A DNA stretch of 64,000 bases, taken from assembly GCA_963843575.1 (NCBI GenBank), contig CAWJKZ010000019.1:224001-288000 (forward strand), read 5' to 3'. The position numbers were made by a program, and so were the translations under genes. Each line of letters begins with the position of its first letter. The stretch's first letter is position 1. The notes beneath the pieces were generated by a model that saw only the letters and a program-made list of their open reading frames with translations, was not told the DNA's origin and ran no database searches. Shown piece after piece: positions 60,417 through 64,000 of the stretch. Source of the stretch: an uncultured Acidobacteriota bacterium (GTDB lineage: Bacteria > Acidobacteriota > UBA6911).

Positions 60417-61385
60417 ATGCGAGATCACAAGAGGATCTTCTCCATCATTCTTGCTCTTTTTCTGGCGCTGCCCGCCTTCGCTCAGCAGGCCGGGACCCAC
60501 CGTCGCGCTGTGGCGCGACCGGGGCGACGTTCCGGCTCTGGACCTCCTGGACGGGCCGGGAGGGAAAAATCGCCAGCCGGGGACCAACTTTAAATTCATC
60601 AAGGAATCCAAAGGCGGGACTTCGCCCAAGTTTGAGGTCGAAGATGAAAACGGCGCCAAGTGGAAGGTGAAACTCGGCCCCGAGGCGAAGTCGGAAACCG
60701 CTGCAACGCGCCTGGTGTGGGCTGCGGGTTACCTTGCCGATGAGGACTACTACCGGCCGCAAATCCGCGTACAAGGAATGAAACCGCTCTCCCGCGGTCA
60801 GGAGTACGTGTCAGACGGTGGCATTGTCCGCGAGGCGCGTTTGGAGCGCCAAGACGGCGGGAAGAAATTGAAGAACTGGAGCTGGTACGATAACCCCTTT
60901 GTCGGCACGCGGGAGTTCAACGGCCTCAGAGTGATGATGGCGCTCATCAACAACTGGGACCTGAAAGAAGACAATAACGACGTATATGACGAAGGCGGCG
61001 CCGGGAACGGTACGTGATCTCCGATTTGGGCGCCAGTCTCGGCCGCACCGGCAACAGCTTCGGCCGCAGCCGCGGCGTGATGAAGGACTACGCGGAAACC
61101 AAGTTTATCAAAAAGGTCACCCCCGAATACGTGGACTTCGTCATGCACAGCCGACCCTTCTTCCTTACCATTTTCTATTTCCCCTACTACCTCTCCCGTA
61201 CGCGGATGGAGAGTGTGGCCACGCACATTCCTATCGCGGACGCACGCTGGCTTGGCAACCGGCTCGGCCAGTTTTCCCCGGAGCAGATCCGTGACTGCTT
61301 CCGCGCCGCCGGCTTCTCGCCCGCCGAGGTCGAGGGCTATACCAGGGTCGTGATGCAGCGCATCGAGGCGCTGAAGAAGCTATAG
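60417..61385 (+). CDS. Exported atypical kinase-like protein (HipA/CotH-like motifs), frameshifts near 60497 and 61010
   Basis: GAGGAGG and ATG give the leader MRDHKRIFSIILALFLALPAFAQ. Then GGTSPKF, WKVKLG.E, NNWDLKEDN and YVISDLG. Confidence 0.65.
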
Positions 61386-61650
61386 CCGATCCACCCGCTG
61401 TACCCCGAATTCTGCGTCCTGGACAGCGTCAATTCCCTCCGTTGTAATGACCCTTCACCCTCTGGAGTCGCCCCGAAACCCTTGCGGGCAAAGCTCCACG
61501 GGTGCGATGGCGGAATCCGGCCTCTCAGGGCTCGCGCAAGAACAATTTCACATTTTGCTGACGGCTCCTGAGCCAACAGATCATGCGGCAACCAAAGATA
61601 GGAGATTGACGGAGCCGTCAGCCCTCCGGGGCGCGGCGGCGGGCGGGCAT

Positions 61651-61735
61651 CTGCGGCGTTGCCGCTCCTCGACGATGTCACCACATCGCCTGCCTCGCGG
61701 CGCCTTGCATCTGCCCGCCCGGCGCTCGCGCCAAA
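61651..61735. repeat. ~85-bp structured intergenic repeat, copy 2
   Basis: Matches 56706..56790. The flanking gggcgggca can pair with tgcccgccc. Confidence 0.85.
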
Positions 61736-61823
61736 ATGTGAAATTATGCTTGCGCGAACCCTTAGTGTCGCGCGCAACCTTCTTCGCGGTCCGGGCTGAG
61801 CAGGTCAGCGTCGGCGTTGCCGG

Positions 61824-63653
61824 CTATGTTTTCCGCGTGTCCGCTGCTTGGGGATCTTCCCTGCGAAACTGGATGTCGTAAAGCTCCGAATAGAGGCCGC
61901 CTGCCGCCAGCAGCTCGTCGTGGGTGCCACGCTCAACGAGAGTATTGTCTTTCACCACGAAGATAATTTTGGCGCGCCGGATCGTCGCCAGGTGGTGCGC
62001 GATGACGATGCAAGTCTTGCCTTCCATCAAACGGTCGAGGGCTTCGAACACGGCCTGCTCGGACACGGCGTCCAGTCCTGATGTGGGCTCGTCCAGAACC
62101 AGGATGGGAGTATTGCGGATAACGGCCCGCGCGATGGCGATACGCTGGCGCTGGCCCCCGGAAAGCGTCACGCCGCGTTCGCCGACCATCGTGTCGTAGC
62201 CCTCGGGCATCTCCTCAATGAATTCGTCGGCGTTGGCCAGTTTTGCGGCGCGGATGATCTCCGCGCGGCTGGCTTCCGGGCGGCCATAGGCGATGTTTTG
62301 CCATACGGGTGCGTGGAACAGAAGCGTCTCCTGCAAAACAAAACTGATCTGCTGGCGAAGCGATTTCATCGTGTAGTTGCGTATGTTTGTCCCGTCGATT
62401 TTGACTTCCCCGGAGACGGGATCGTAGAAGCGCGCAACCAGGCTGATGATGGTCGACTTGCCGCCGCCCGTCGGGCCGACGAATGCCGCGACCTGGCCCG
62501 GCTCGATCTCGAAGCTCACATCTTTCAGTATCAATTGGTCTTGGTTGTACCCAAACGAGACTTTGTCAAATTCGATTTTGCCCTTGAAGCGCGCGGCGGG
62601 GCGCGCGCCCGGCTGGTCACGCATCCCGCTCTCGGTCTCCAGAACTTCGCGGATCCGCTCGAACCCCACCGCTGCCTTTGAGACCGTGTCCGTCATTTTG
62701 GAAAGGTCACGCATGGGCTTATACATTTTGCCCAGGTAGAGCAAGAAAACGACCAGCGCGCCAACGGTGAGTTGGCCCGCCAGTACCAGGCGCGCGCCGT
62801 AACCGAGCATCAAACAGGTCCCCGTCGCTACGACAATCTCGACGATAGGTGAGAGCTTCATCTTGATGCTGCGCGCAACGAGGGCCATCTCGACATTCTC
62901 CAGGCTCTGGCGCTCGAAGCGGCGCTCCTCGTAGTCCTCGCGGGCAAAGGCCTTGACCACGCGGATCGAGGAAAAAACTTCCTCGACAATCGAAACCAGC
63001 TCGCTCTCCTTCTTTCTTACGTCGCGCGAGGCTTTTTTGATGCGCCGGGTGAAGATGTAAACCACCAGGAAGAGCACGGGCGCAATGGAGAGCGAGATGA
63101 GCGTGAAACGCCAGTTCAGGTACAGCATGACCCCGATTATCCCCAGCAGGGTGAGGACATTGGCTAAGATGCCCAACAGCGCCGTGGTGACAAAGTCCTG
63201 AATAGCTTCGATGTCGCTCGTCACCCGGCCGATGAGGTCGCCGGTCCTTTTCGCGTCGTGCTCGGCCAGCGATAGGCGGTGGATGTGGTGATAGAGCGTG
63301 CGCCGCAGGTCGTGCATGACCCATTGGCCGACGCTGGTGGTGAGGTATTTCTCCAGTAAGGAGCTGAGTGCGCCTACGATGGCGATGACCGCCACCGCCA
63401 CCACCGCGAAGTTGAGGACAGCCAGCTTGTTCTGCCCGATCCAGCCGACCATTACGCTCATCCAATCGGGCGGCCGTTTGGACTGAAGCAGGTAATCGAG
63501 AACGATCTTTAGAGGCCACGGTTCGAGCAGGTCGGTTGCGGCTTCGCCCGCCACCGCCAGCAAGGCCAGCGTCAGTGCTTTCCAGTGGGGCCGTAAGAAG
63601 TCGATGATGCTGAGACTCTTAGACTTCTTAGCTGCATGCGGCGTCATCGTCAT
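61824..63653 (-). CDS. ABC exporter, fused TMD-NBD (MsbA-like)
   Basis: TM helices, GPTGGGKS, LSGGQRQR, LVLDEPTS, IAH. Confidence 0.93.
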   Translation of the reverse strand: MTMTPHAAKKSKSLSIIDFLRPHWKALTLALLAVAGEAATDLLEPWPLKIVLDYLLQSKRPPDWMSVMVGWIGQNKLAVLNFAVVAVAVIAIVGALSSLLEKYLTTSVGQWVMHDLRRTLYHHIHRLSLAEHDAKRTGDLIGRVTSDIEAIQDFVTTALLGILANVLTLLGIIGVMLYLNWRFTLISLSIAPVLFLVVYIFTRRIKKASRDVRKKESELVSIVEEVFSSIRVVKAFAREDYEERRFERQSLENVEMALVARSIKMKLSPIVEIVVATGTCLMLGYGARLVLAGQLTVGALVVFLLYLGKMYKPMRDLSKMTDTVSKAAVGFERIREVLETESGMRDQPGARPAARFKGKIEFDKVSFGYNQDQLILKDVSFEIEPGQVAAFVGPTGGGKSTIISLVARFYDPVSGEVKIDGTNIRNYTMKSLRQQISFVLQETLLFHAPVWQNIAYGRPEASRAEIIRAAKLANADEFIEEMPEGYDTMVGERGVTLSGGQRQRIAIARAVIRNTPILVLDEPTSGLDAVSEQAVFEALDRLMEGKTCIVIAHHLATIRRAKIIFVVKDNTLVERGTHDELLAAGGLYSELYDIQFRREDPQAADTRKT

Positions 63654-64000
63654 TCAATACCTGGATGCGCATCCGCTCGGCGACGCAATAGCGGATAGTC
63701 TGAAAAAATGCCATTGGGGGTCGGAGTTCGGCTGTTGCACCTCCTCAGTTTCGGGGTTGCAGGTGTTTAAGAACCCTAAATTCGACATATGAGTTTCTTG
63801 GGGGTGCTCCTGAGCTGCTATAGAGCCTACAGTTGCCGATCTTACACCCAAATACCTGGGGGTCCTGGACAAAAGCGAGATCGTGCCGAATACCGGAAGG
63901 GCGCGGAAATTGCAGTCATTTCGGCTCGTCATGGAGTAATATGCCTGTCGGGATCCATTATGGATCTCGGGATCGTTCGTGGGAAGTTAACCTATCACCG

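Overview
This is GC-rich bacterial DNA. The gene families (an Oar-type TonB-dependent receptor, many Tat-exported enzymes, a long coiled-coil OmpA protein) suggest Acidobacteriota, which is an inference. There are three blocks. (1) About 1-31 kb is a polysaccharide-utilisation-like catabolic locus. It has a TonB receptor, two paralogous ~830-aa six-hairpin glycosidase-like proteins, three paralogous ~300-aa Tat-exported proteins of unknown function, GH89, GH3 (NagZ-type) and a CBM9-like protein. It also has class III and DegT aminotransferases, an MttB-like methyltransferase, a UroD-like protein, a split transketolase, an orphan 2-oxoacid dehydrogenase E1 alpha/beta pair, an EamA transporter and a ROK regulator. 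(2) About 31-46.5 kb is a mosaic of exported hydrolases and oxidoreductases separated by several truncated gene remnants. (3) About 46.8-64 kb is a signalling and envelope island with Crp/Fnr, OmpA, a CheB-CheR-histidine kinase fusion, a response regulator, a PAS kinase, a metallophosphoesterase, a PLD, an exported kinase-like protein and an ABC exporter. Four of its transcription units share a conserved ~70-bp promoter element. Several genes carry +1 frameshifts that look like sequencing errors. I found no rRNA, tRNA, CRISPR array or intact transposase. All family calls come from motif recognition by eye; no database search was run.
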